This document shows, piece by piece, positions 28,342 to 36,756 of a stretch of DNA of 64,000 bases. The first letter of the stretch is position 1. Each line of letters opens with the position of its first letter. The notes under the pieces are model-generated. The model was not told the origin of the DNA. It made no database searches and saw only the letters and a program-made list of their open reading frames with translations. The stretch comes from Patescibacteria group bacterium (lineage in GTDB: Bacteria > Patescibacteriota > Microgenomatia > UBA8517): NCBI GenBank assembly GCA_036381415.1, contig DASVCV010000002.1:20091-84090 (forward strand). The letters are read 5' to 3'. The position numbers and the translations under genes are program-made.

Positions 28342-30033
28342 TTAATTCCATGTATTTAACGCTGCATGGTGAATTTGTGCTGTTACTGTGAAACTTGTTA
28401 CACCTACTGGAATTGTGTACTCATCATAGAACTCTTGAGTTGCTGCTGGTTTGGTTGTTGTTACTTCTGGTCTTAAGGTTCCATTAATAGTAAATCTTGC
28501 TTTATCAAATACTCCAGATGTGGTTGTTCCAGTTACAGTAAATCTAACCTTGTCTCCTGCTTTAAGAGCTGATAATTGAGTGGTTGTAAGCAGATTCCAG
28601 TTTGTGTCATATGCTTTTACAGCCTGACATTGTGCAGTGGAAGGAGCGGTTGATCCAGGAGGGTTGGTTGGTGTTGTTCCTCCACCAGTAGTTGGAGTAG
28701 TTGGTGCTTCAATGGTGCCAGCTGGTGCGGCGCAGGACTGGCGGTCGGCATCGTATGAACAAGATATGGTTCCATTGTTGCAGAAGCAGTCGTAATTGCT
28801 TGGTTGGTTGTAATGGTCACCGCAACCTGCAAATCCTCCACTGCCGACTGTGCGGCCATCATATACTCTACATGTGTTGCCAGTAGTTGGGGGAGTGCTC
28901 CCATTACAAGTGTGTGTTGTTTCGTTACAATCACCGCTTAAACAACTTGTGTCGTATATACAAGTTGCTCCGTCTGGCCTGTTGCCGATCTCACCGCAGC
29001 GGTCTGTACGGATACAATCCCATTGACCAAGAGCGTTACAGTATGCTTGTTGAGTTGGACCTGCGCCTCCTGCTGGTTCTCCGTTTGCACCACTACAGTC
29101 TCCGCAAGCTTTTCTGTCTCCTGTGGTACATACTCTTCCTGTAGCATTTGAATAACCTCCGCAGGCTATTAATGTACCAGCGTTGCCGTAGCAGACTTTC
29201 TGTCCGGATTTAACTGTTCCTGCAATACAGGTAATACAATGAAGTGGACTTGAGCAGTTTGCATCTGAGGTACAAGTATCGCCTTCCCCACCTGTTGTTG
29301 TGCCTCCTGGAGTTGTACCTCCGCCGCTGGTGGTTGCAGTTGGACAGCTTTCACCTGCTGGACAACATCTACCTAGATAGCTTCCATTAGATTGTTGACA
29401 ACCTGCACCTGGATATACATAAGTCCATCCTGTAGCTGGGCATTGTCCACGATCAGAACCACTTGATCCAGTACACCAAGCACCTGCAGGAGCCGTTGGT
29501 TGAGTTCCTCCACTACTTGGTTGAGAACACATGCCAAGAGTGTTGCTGCATCCAACTGCAGATCCTCCACCACCTGAACAGTTCCAGTTGTAGTTTCCAG
29601 GACATTCTCCTCTATTACCTACTCTACAATCTCCAGTACACCAGCCGCCTGCTCTTTGATTTAGAAGCTGTTGTCTTTGAGTAAGTGCTAATCCTGCTCC
29701 AACTCCTACTACTAAAAGAACTAATCCAAGAATTGTTGGAATGAGTGCCCTTCTTCTTGGTGAAGGAGGGGCAAAGTCTGTTTGTGGCGGGGTTGAAATT
29801 CCAGAATCAGGTGGAACTCCTCCTCCATTGCCTGTATCTTGTGGTGTTTCTGTTGGGAAGGTTGGACTTGTATCTGCTGGTTGAGTGGTAGTTGTGGTTG
29901 TTGTTTCTGTAACTGTTACAGGTGGTACAGATAATGGCTGGTCTGTAAGAGTTGGTGGAGTACTCGTACTTTGATCAGTAGGAAATGTAGGATTAGTAGA
30001 AGTATTTTGTTGATTTAGAGTACTATCTTGCAT
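28342..30033 (-). CDS. Cys-rich surface protein A with C-terminal Ig-like domain
   Basis: Shares PPQTDFAPPSPRRRALIPTILGLVLLVVGVGAGL and the YDTNWN..ARFTINGTL domain with A'. Confidence 0.85.
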   Translation of the reverse strand: MQDSTLNQQNTSTNPTFPTDQSTSTPPTLTDQPLSVPPVTVTETTTTTTTQPADTSPTFPTETPQDTGNGGGVPPDSGISTPPQTDFAPPSPRRRALIPTILGLVLLVVGVGAGLALTQRQQLLNQRAGGWCTGDCRVGNRGECPGNYNWNCSGGGGSAVGCSNTLGMCSQPSSGGTQPTAPAGAWCTGSSGSDRGQCPATGWTYVYPGAGCQQSNGSYLGRCCPAGESCPTATTSGGGTTPGGTTTGGEGDTCTSDANCSSPLHCITCIAGTVKSGQKVCYGNAGTLIACGGYSNATGRVCTTGDRKACGDCSGANGEPAGGAGPTQQAYCNALGQWDCIRTDRCGEIGNRPDGATCIYDTSCLSGDCNETTHTCNGSTPPTTGNTCRVYDGRTVGSGGFAGCGDHYNQPSNYDCFCNNGTISCSYDADRQSCAAPAGTIEAPTTPTTGGGTTPTNPPGSTAPSTAQCQAVKAYDTNWNLLTTTQLSALKAGDKVRFTVTGTTTSGVFDKARFTINGTLRPEVTTTKPAATQEFYDEYTIPVGVTSFTVTAQIHHAALNTWN

Positions 30034-30044
30034 CTTTTATTTTT

Positions 30045-31382
30045 TTATATTTCTAACTTTTTCCAAAGTATGAAGCTAGTCACTACTAGCCCTATACCCA
30101 TCATAGAAAGAGCTAGAGTAGGAGTCAAGTCACCAGACACTGGAATGGCACTCCCCGTGGCTGGAAGAGTAATTCTTGTTGTCCCAGATGTTGTTGAAAC
30201 AGGGGTTGGAGTTGGTGTTGGAATGGGAGTGGGTGTTGGAATAGGTGTAGCAGAACCAGATGCAACAAAAGCTGGTCCTTCAGAAGCTTGAACAACAAAT
30301 GTTTTTGTTAAGGTTTGCAGAATTCCTTGGGCGTCTGTCCAGGAAACTGAAAGAGTGTGAGTTCCTGGATCTAGATTTGCAGGTGGATTCCAGGTCCAGG
30401 TTCCATCAGCAGCAGCTGTAACTGTTGCCGTTTGGGGAGTGGACCTGACAGTAATAGTAATTTTTGTATTAGGAGTGGCAGTTCCCATGATTTGAGGTTT
30501 AGCAGTGGAAATTATTTCGCCATCTTTGATACTTGTAACGGTTACAGTTTTTGTTGTTCCTGAGGTTGTAGCAGTATTTCCTAAGTTAAAACCTGCTGAT
30601 GAAGTTGCTGTGTCAGGCAAATTAAGATTTGATTGAGGATTTCCTCCTTCGGTGTTACCAGGATTACTTCTAAAATCATATGTTTGTCCAAGTTTGATAA
30701 CAGGAGTTGGGTTGGCTGATTTAGGATAGATTTGAGCAGTTGAGACTCCACTTACTCCACCTTGAACAAAAATTTGAAGAAGAGTGGAGTCTGGGGAAAT
30801 AGTTGCATAACTTGTGAGATCTGGTTTAAGTGCAGTGCTAATTGGAATTACCCAATTACCGTTAGCTGAAGTTAAGGCAGACATTGGGTTAAATCCAGTT
30901 CCATTTACATAGACCAGAACTTCTGGAGCTGGAAGGCCACCTGCATCTTCAACTGTTCCTGATATCAAGATCTGAGTAGGAAGAGTGGATGTTGTTTGTG
31001 AGGCAGTTTGGGTGTTCCAAGGGATTCCTGAGTTGTCATAATCAGAGCCAGCTGAATTAATTTTAAAATAGTAGGGAGTTGATGGACTTAAGGTAGTTAC
31101 TTGGACCCAATGAATGGTGGTAGCAGTTTGGGAAGCAAGTGTTGTCTGGCTTAAACTGTCTTGACTTACCCCATATTTGACATATCCAACGGTTGGTTTG
31201 TCAGTAATCCAAGAAATTGCAAAAGAAGAGGAAGATTGGTTTGTTATTCTTACATCTTGGGGTGCAACATCAGGAGAAGCACCAAGCTTAAATTGCTTGG
31301 ATGTTGCAACAAGAAAAATACCTGCTCCCATACCAAGTACAAGAACTAGTATTCCTATTAGTGTTGGGATTTTCCCTCTCAT
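30045..31382 (-). CDS. Fibronectin type III / carboxypeptidase-regulatory-like / Ig-like surface protein with C-terminal sorting signal
   Basis: VRITNQSSSSFAISWITD..YYFKINS (Fn3), DGTWTW..PGTHTLSV (Ig), (TP)n, IPVSG+TM+KK tail. Confidence 0.8.
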   Translation of the reverse strand: MRGKIPTLIGILVLVLGMGAGIFLVATSKQFKLGASPDVAPQDVRITNQSSSSFAISWITDKPTVGYVKYGVSQDSLSQTTLASQTATTIHWVQVTTLSPSTPYYFKINSAGSDYDNSGIPWNTQTASQTTSTLPTQILISGTVEDAGGLPAPEVLVYVNGTGFNPMSALTSANGNWVIPISTALKPDLTSYATISPDSTLLQIFVQGGVSGVSTAQIYPKSANPTPVIKLGQTYDFRSNPGNTEGGNPQSNLNLPDTATSSAGFNLGNTATTSGTTKTVTVTSIKDGEIISTAKPQIMGTATPNTKITITVRSTPQTATVTAAADGTWTWNPPANLDPGTHTLSVSWTDAQGILQTLTKTFVVQASEGPAFVASGSATPIPTPTPIPTPTPTPVSTTSGTTRITLPATGSAIPVSGDLTPTLALSMMGIGLVVTSFILWKKLEI

Positions 31383-31717
31383 GGCGTGGTTCCTCCTGGA
31401 GTTGCTGACTGACTGGCAATTGGAGTTGCTGACTCACTTGCAACGGGTGTTGCAACAGGTGTTGGGGTAGGAAGAGTGGATGCAGTAACGGTATTATTTC
31501 CGATCTGGTCATCACTAAGGTACATTCTTTGTTGTAATTTATTTAGAGCAGCTACGTCAAGAGTGGGATTTAAGGGTGCAACAATTTCAGCAGGTACTGG
31601 GGGAGAAGGCTTTATAGTTAGGGTTCTATAAACCTCAAAAGCAATCCAGAAAAAGATTGTGATTAGGGTAATTATTGCAAGAGTTACTCCTGCTGGTGTT
31701 TTTATTCCTCTTTTCAT
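31379..31717 (-). CDS. Small single-TM protein in the pilNO operon (PilP position)
   Basis: Overlaps both neighbours by 4 nt; TM then PLNPTLD; T/P-rich tail. Confidence 0.65.
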   Translation of the reverse strand: MKRGIKTPAGVTLAIITLITIFFWIAFEVYRTLTIKPSPPVPAEIVAPLNPTLDVAALNKLQQRMYLSDDQIGNNTVTASTLPTPTPVATPVASESATPIASQSATPGGTTP

Positions 31718-32379
31718 TTTGTTTGGGCTGTTTGAGCTTCCTGGTAAGGGGCTCTTCCTTCTATGGTTAGATATAAATTTTTAACATTATCAATTTCTGT
31801 TGCAGTAAAATTTAGACTGTCAAAGACAAGAGGACGTCTTAAAAGTTCAATATCTGCAAGGAATGTTGAGATGGTGTTGTAGTCGCCTGCTACTGAAATA
31901 GATACTCCAACCCCTGAACTTCCTTGCGGAAGAGTTTTTCTTTGATCAGGGGGACCTGCAAGAACAGGGGAAGTCCCTGCAAGAGTTATTTGTTCACTTC
32001 CTATGTTTTGAGTAACAACATTATCTTTTTTAATTACTCCTTCAATTTGGCGGATGTATTGACCAAGAGATGGAGATGTGGGAACTGCATCAGAAAGAAG
32101 AGCAATATTTGCCTGTTGGGATGCAAGAATACTCTGAGCTTGCTGAAGGTTTAGGATTTTAGCATCCATTTGTTCTATGGTTTTTTGCTTTTCATTAATT
32201 TCTGTTAAGAGGTTAGAGATGGTAAGGGCAGTTGGCTTAATGGCAAAGATTGAAAAAAGGCCAATAGTAACTATGGAAAGTAGAAGCTCAAGAAAGGCTT
32301 TTAAGTCTGGCCTTCTTTTGTAAAGAGCCATTAAGTTAAATAGATACTGTTGTCCTCTAAAGTAGCTTTTAGGTCCCAT
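31714..32379 (-). CDS. pilO: Type IV pilus assembly protein PilO-like
   Basis: TM ending FAIKPT, coiled coil, VSISVAGDYNTISTFLADIELLRRPL. Start placed at MGPK (32379). Confidence 0.75.
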   Translation of the reverse strand: MGPKSYFRGQQYLFNLMALYKRRPDLKAFLELLLSIVTIGLFSIFAIKPTALTISNLLTEINEKQKTIEQMDAKILNLQQAQSILASQQANIALLSDAVPTSPSLGQYIRQIEGVIKKDNVVTQNIGSEQITLAGTSPVLAGPPDQRKTLPQGSSGVGVSISVAGDYNTISTFLADIELLRRPLVFDSLNFTATEIDNVKNLYLTIEGRAPYQEAQTAQTK

Positions 32380-32953
32380 TTGGTTTAGGCGTAGCTGCCA
32401 CTCCTTTCTGTGTAGCAAGAACTTGGAAAGTGATATTGCCTGTTGTTTGGTCAATTGTGGTTTGAGTAAGAGATACTTTATCAAACATATTTGGGATTGC
32501 TTTTAAGTTTGCAATAAATGTACCTGCTCCAACTTCTGAGGTGGAAGTTGCTCTAATTTCAACTGCAGATGCATCTACTGAAAGAAATGTTATTTGGACA
32601 GTATCAGGAAGAGCAGTTGTTAGGGTTTGAAGAAGAGGAATGTATTTGCTTTTGTCATATGCAACAGAAGAGAAAATGGCTAACTCTTTTTGAGCTTCTC
32701 TAAAGTTCTTTTCAACTTGGGCATATGAGGTAATAACTGCCTTTTTTTGATTTATAGCTTCTGTTAGGTCGCTTACTTTGGAGTCAAGCCAGAATCTAGA
32801 GAGAAATGCTCCCATTACGACCATTTCAGTTGCAATGACAATGAGCCTAAATGAAGAAATAAGCCATCTAAAAATTCTTCCTAGAGTGGATGATTCGAAC
32901 TCTTCTTGTGGAAGAAGATTGATCCTTGGTTCTTTAGTGTTGCGGGCAGCCAT
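32369..32953 (-). CDS. pilN: Type IV pilus assembly protein PilN-like
   Basis: INLLP PilM-binding motif, TM, coiled coil, LPDTVQITFLSV. Confidence 0.8.
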   Translation of the reverse strand: MAARNTKEPRINLLPQEEFESSTLGRIFRWLISSFRLIVIATEMVVMGAFLSRFWLDSKVSDLTEAINQKKAVITSYAQVEKNFREAQKELAIFSSVAYDKSKYIPLLQTLTTALPDTVQITFLSVDASAVEIRATSTSEVGAGTFIANLKAIPNMFDKVSLTQTTIDQTTGNITFQVLATQKGVAATPKPNGT

Positions 32954-33019
32954 ACAATTAGAGCCAATGACTATTCAATGGCTACTTCAATATAACATAA
33001 CCGTGAGGTTCACAAAAGA

Positions 33020-33313
33020 TTATTTTTTGGAAGCTTTTTTAGAAGATTTTTTGGGAGCAGCTTTTTTAACTGGCTTAACTGGTTTTGCTAATTTAGAAAG
33101 AGCTGATTTAATTCTTGCTGCTTTATTCTTATGGATTACTTTCTTTTTTGCAGCACGATCTGCAAGAGAAGATGCTTTTTTAATACTTACCTGGCTTTTA
33201 GTTTTCTTTGCTAGTCGTATTGCAGCATCCAAATCCTTTATAATAATTGTGTTAACAGATGCTTTCTGGGCTGACCCTCTTAAAGCTCTTTTGGCTGTTT
33301 TAGTTACAGGCAT
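33020..33313 (-). CDS. rpsT: 30S ribosomal protein S20
   Basis: MPVTKTAKRALR and DRAAKKKVIHKNKAARIKS; start at ATG 33313; K/A/P-rich tail. Confidence 0.95.
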   Translation of the reverse strand: MPVTKTAKRALRGSAQKASVNTIIIKDLDAAIRLAKKTKSQVSIKKASSLADRAAKKKVIHKNKAARIKSALSKLAKPVKPVKKAAPKKSSKKASKK

Positions 33314-33363
33314 GCCTGAAGTATAATTCAAAATGCTCGTAATTTCAATCAAACACTAAAAAG

Positions 33364-35055
33364 ATGAACAATTTGATTAGACAGGGAAAGAAGATTTTCT
33401 TTTCAGAACAAACAACAGTACTTTCTGCAGCTGGAGTAATAATGCTAATGACCTTTGGGTCACAGATACTTGGGTTTGTTAGGGCAAGGGTTGTTCTTCA
33501 TTTTTTTACAACAAGTGATTCCTCACTTTTTTTTGCTGCATTAAGGCTGCCTGAACTTGTTTTTGAAATATTAATGTATGGAATGTTTTCTTCAGCTTTT
33601 ATTCCTGTTTTTAGCAAGGCAATTAAAAAGGGAGAAGATGCTTGGGATATTGCAGGCAGAGTAGTTAATTTAGGGCTTTTGATTTTTGGAGTGTTTGCAA
33701 TAATCATGGGGATTTGGGCTGACAAAATATATGCGGTTATTGCTCCAGGATATACACCTGATCAGATTATTCAGATTGCAAATCTAGCTCGTGTATTATT
33801 TATTGCTCAAGGAATATTTATTGTAAGTTATGTACTTACTGGAGTACTTGAGTCTTTAAAGAGGTTTTTAATTCCAGCTCTGGCTCCTATTTTTTACAAC
33901 TTAGGACTAATACTTGGGACAATACTATTAAGTAATAGGTTTGGGCTTATGGCTCCTGCAATTGGAGTTGTAGTTGGAGCTTTTGTACATTTTTTGATTC
34001 AGCTTCCTTTGGCATTCAAGCTTGGATTTAGGTTTAGTTTGAGATTAAAGCCCAATAGTGGTGTTAAAAGCATTATTAAACTTGCAACTCCGCGTTTAGC
34101 TGATCTTTCATTTCAACAAATAGTGTCTGTGGTTGAACTTTACTTTTCATCTTTGATTTCAACAGCATCTTATACCTATTTGACTGTTGCTAATTCACTT
34201 CAGTCAGCACCTGTAAGGTTGTTTGGAATATCTCTTGCTAAAGCTGCACTTCCAACCTTGACTCACCAGGATGAGAATCCAGAGGAATTTAAGAGAACAC
34301 TTCTTTCAACTATTTATCAGATGTTTTTCCTAGTTATGCCGGTTGTGACTTTCTTTATAGTGTTAAGAATTCCAACAACAAGACTGTTTTTCGGAACTGC
34401 AAACTTTGACTGGAATGCAACAGTGCAAACAGGAATGGTTCTTTCAGCTTATGCTCTTGGAATTCCATTCCAGGCAGCTGTAGCCATACTTGCCCGTGCT
34501 TTTTATGCATTTCATGACACAAAAACTCCTGTTCTTATATCAATAGTAGGAGACGGGGCAATAATAATTGCTGATTTTGTTCTTATAAAAGGGTTTGGGC
34601 TTCCACTTTGGGCTTTGTCTTTCTCTTTTTCTCTGGGAGCTTTTATAGAAACATTGGTTCTTATCTTTCTTATAAATAAAAAACTTAAAAATATGCCTTT
34701 CCTTTCGGTAATGCCTACAATTTTAAAGAGTGTTTTTGCAGCAACTGTTTCTGGGACAACAATGTATATATTAATGAAGGCACTTGATAAGTCGGTTTGG
34801 GAGAAGCGGGGACTTAACCCATCACTTCTTATTCCTTTTGATAAATTAGTTCTTGATACAAGATATACTGTAAATCTTATAATTCTTACTGCAGTAGTTG
34901 GAGCAATTGGACTTGCAGCTTATGTTGTTACTTCATATTTACTAAAGTCAGGAGAACTAACTAGCTTAATTAGAGTTATCAGAAGAAACCATATTTTAAG
35001 ATTTAGACAAAAGTTAGAGCCTGTTACTGAAAAACCTTCTGCAGATATTCCTTAA
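33364..35055 (+). CDS. murJ: Lipid II flippase MurJ (MviN)
   Basis: SQILGFVR, ALRLPE, SAFIPVF, AALPTL and RAFYAFHDTKTP motifs. Confidence 0.92.
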   Translation: MNNLIRQGKKIFFSEQTTVLSAAGVIMLMTFGSQILGFVRARVVLHFFTTSDSSLFFAALRLPELVFEILMYGMFSSAFIPVFSKAIKKGEDAWDIAGRVVNLGLLIFGVFAIIMGIWADKIYAVIAPGYTPDQIIQIANLARVLFIAQGIFIVSYVLTGVLESLKRFLIPALAPIFYNLGLILGTILLSNRFGLMAPAIGVVVGAFVHFLIQLPLAFKLGFRFSLRLKPNSGVKSIIKLATPRLADLSFQQIVSVVELYFSSLISTASYTYLTVANSLQSAPVRLFGISLAKAALPTLTHQDENPEEFKRTLLSTIYQMFFLVMPVVTFFIVLRIPTTRLFFGTANFDWNATVQTGMVLSAYALGIPFQAAVAILARAFYAFHDTKTPVLISIVGDGAIIIADFVLIKGFGLPLWALSFSFSLGAFIETLVLIFLINKKLKNMPFLSVMPTILKSVFAATVSGTTMYILMKALDKSVWEKRGLNPSLLIPFDKLVLDTRYTVNLIILTAVVGAIGLAAYVVTSYLLKSGELTSLIRVIRRNHILRFRQKLEPVTEKPSADIP

Positions 35056-35074
35056 ATTTTACTCTTCCCAGAGC

Positions 35075-35111
35075 TTGACACTTATTAGCAGTCATGATAG
35101 TCTAGTGCCAA
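35075..35111 (+). promoter_or_regulatory. Sigma70-type promoter overlapped by CIRCE operator 1
   Basis: TTGACA 35075-80, TAGTCT 35098-103 (17 nt spacer); TTAGCAGTC-N9-TAGTGCCAA at 35085-35111 versus consensus TTAGCACTC-N9-GAGTGCTAA. Confidence 0.9.
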
Positions 35112-35843
35112 ATGACAACAGGTCTTACTTCCCGTCAAACACAAATTTTAAAAGCAATTGTAGATGAATATATATCAACTGCAGAACCTGTTGGGTCAGT
35201 AGCACTAGATAAAAAGTACAATCTTGGAATTTCTCCTGCAACTATAAGAAGCGAGATGGTTAATTTAACCAAAATGAAATATTTAAAGCAGCCTCATACT
35301 TCGGCAGGACGTGTTCCAACTCCACATGCAATGAAATTCTATATTAATCAATTAATGGAGGAAAAACAGATGAGTGTTACTGATGAAGTAAGAACTAAAG
35401 AACAAGTTATTGATGCAAAAGGAAATTTTGAAAAAATAATGGAGGAAGCAACTGAGGCTTTAGCTGATAGGACTCATTCTTTGGCAATTGCTGCAACAGA
35501 TGATGGAGATGTATGGAGAGCAGGAATGTCTAATATTTTTGATAATCCTGAGTTTGATAATATTGCCATTTGTCATGACATTTTTACATTTTTAGAAGAA
35601 GAAAAAGGATTAATGGATTTATTTTTCCAAAGATTAACTGGACTTACTCCAGTTGAAGTTATCTTTGGACCTGATTTAAATACTCCATCCCTTGCTGATT
35701 TGGGAGTGGTTGCAACTAGGTTTGATATTAATGGAAAACAAGGAGCAATGGGAGTGGTTGGACCTTTTAGACTTAACTATCAGGTAGTTATTCCAACTGT
35801 AAGGTATATTAGAAACTTAATCCAGGAACTGGCTGGAGTTTAA
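35112..35843 (+). CDS. hrcA: Heat-inducible transcription repressor HrcA (short form)
   Basis: RQTQILKAIVDEYISTAEPVGS, SPATIRSEM, QPHTSAGRVPT, GVVGPFRLNY. Confidence 0.95.
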   Translation: MTTGLTSRQTQILKAIVDEYISTAEPVGSVALDKKYNLGISPATIRSEMVNLTKMKYLKQPHTSAGRVPTPHAMKFYINQLMEEKQMSVTDEVRTKEQVIDAKGNFEKIMEEATEALADRTHSLAIAATDDGDVWRAGMSNIFDNPEFDNIAICHDIFTFLEEEKGLMDLFFQRLTGLTPVEVIFGPDLNTPSLADLGVVATRFDINGKQGAMGVVGPFRLNYQVVIPTVRYIRNLIQELAGV

Positions 35844-35854
35844 TTACTAATTAA

Positions 35855-36322
35855 ATGAAAAATAAAAAAGTACAGGAAAAGAAAGTAGAAAAAGAAGGAA
35901 AAGAAGTTGGTGAGTTAAAAAACCAACTTGCAAGAGCACTTGCTGACTATGACAATTTAAGAAGAAGAACAGAAGAAGAAAAGAGTATTTGGATAAAGTT
36001 TGCAACAGGAAAATTTATCCAGAGCTTGTTACCTATTTTGGACGCAATTGAGGCATCTTTAACTCATACTAAGGATCAGGGTTTGGCAATTGCAGTAGGA
36101 CAATTAAAAGATTTACTAGCTAGTGAAGGACTTGAGGAAATTAAACCAAAAAAGAGTGAGGAGTTTGATGAGAATTTAGAAGAAGCTATAGAAGTGGTTG
36201 GTGGGAAGAAAGAAGATTTTGGGAAAATTGCAGAAGTGGTAATGTCTGGATGGAAATTTAAAGATGGACCTGTAATAAGACATGCAAAGGTCAAGGTCTA
36301 TCAAAAGGGTCTTGACAACTAA
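35855..36322 (+). CDS. grpE: Nucleotide exchange factor GrpE
   Basis: RALADYDNLRRR, LLPILD, GWKFKDGPVIRHAKVKV. Confidence 0.93.
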   Translation: MKNKKVQEKKVEKEGKEVGELKNQLARALADYDNLRRRTEEEKSIWIKFATGKFIQSLLPILDAIEASLTHTKDQGLAIAVGQLKDLLASEGLEEIKPKKSEEFDENLEEAIEVVGGKKEDFGKIAEVVMSGWKFKDGPVIRHAKVKVYQKGLDN

Positions 36323-36349
36323 TTGGCACTCGTAGTAGATTAGTGCTAA
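36312..36349 (+). promoter_or_regulatory. Promoter with CIRCE operator 2
   Basis: TTGACA 36312-17; TTGGCACTC-N9-TAGTGCTAA at 36323-36349. Confidence 0.92.
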
Positions 36350-36362
36350 GAAAGAAATAAAT

Positions 36363-36749
36363 ATGACAGAAAGATTAAACATTGAGGGTAGGAGTCAACT
36401 GGAAAAAGAGTTTGAGACACTTGATGTTTTGATGAAGTACTATATGAAAGACCTTAAACGTGGGGGGAAGATTACACAGGAGCAGGGAGAATTAGTAAGA
36501 GAATATGTACGTGCTGAATTTTCTTACTCAGATGAGAAAAGAAAACTTGGTGATAAAAGTGATATAGAGATTGTTGATAAATTGATTGTAAAGCATCATG
36601 AGTTAGAGGAAAGATGGCAAAACACTGGAGGCTTAAATCGGGGAACTTTGATGAGTAGGGCAGATTCTTTACACAGAATGACGACGGGTAGGTTTAAAAT
36701 TCCCTGGAAGGAAGCGAGAGCAGAATTAAAAGAGAAAGGATTAAGGTAA
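36363..36749 (+). CDS. Hypothetical helical protein between CIRCE2 and dnaK
   Basis: 128 aa charged ORF filling the gap, ending 7 nt before dnaK; no recognisable motif. Confidence 0.7.
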   Translation: MTERLNIEGRSQLEKEFETLDVLMKYYMKDLKRGGKITQEQGELVREYVRAEFSYSDEKRKLGDKSDIEIVDKLIVKHHELEERWQNTGGLNRGTLMSRADSLHRMTTGRFKIPWKEARAELKEKGLR

Positions 36750-36756
36750 CGAACGT

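Noticed and set aside
25291-30130. Diversity-generating retroelement template/variable repeat pair
   Set aside because: No reverse transcriptase in the window; differences between copies are mostly synonymous and not adenine-specific.
32778-33326. 182-aa plus-strand ORF and similar antisense ORFs (e.g. 10706-11146, 38757-39242, 59861-60355)
   Set aside because: They are shadows of well-supported genes on the opposite strand.
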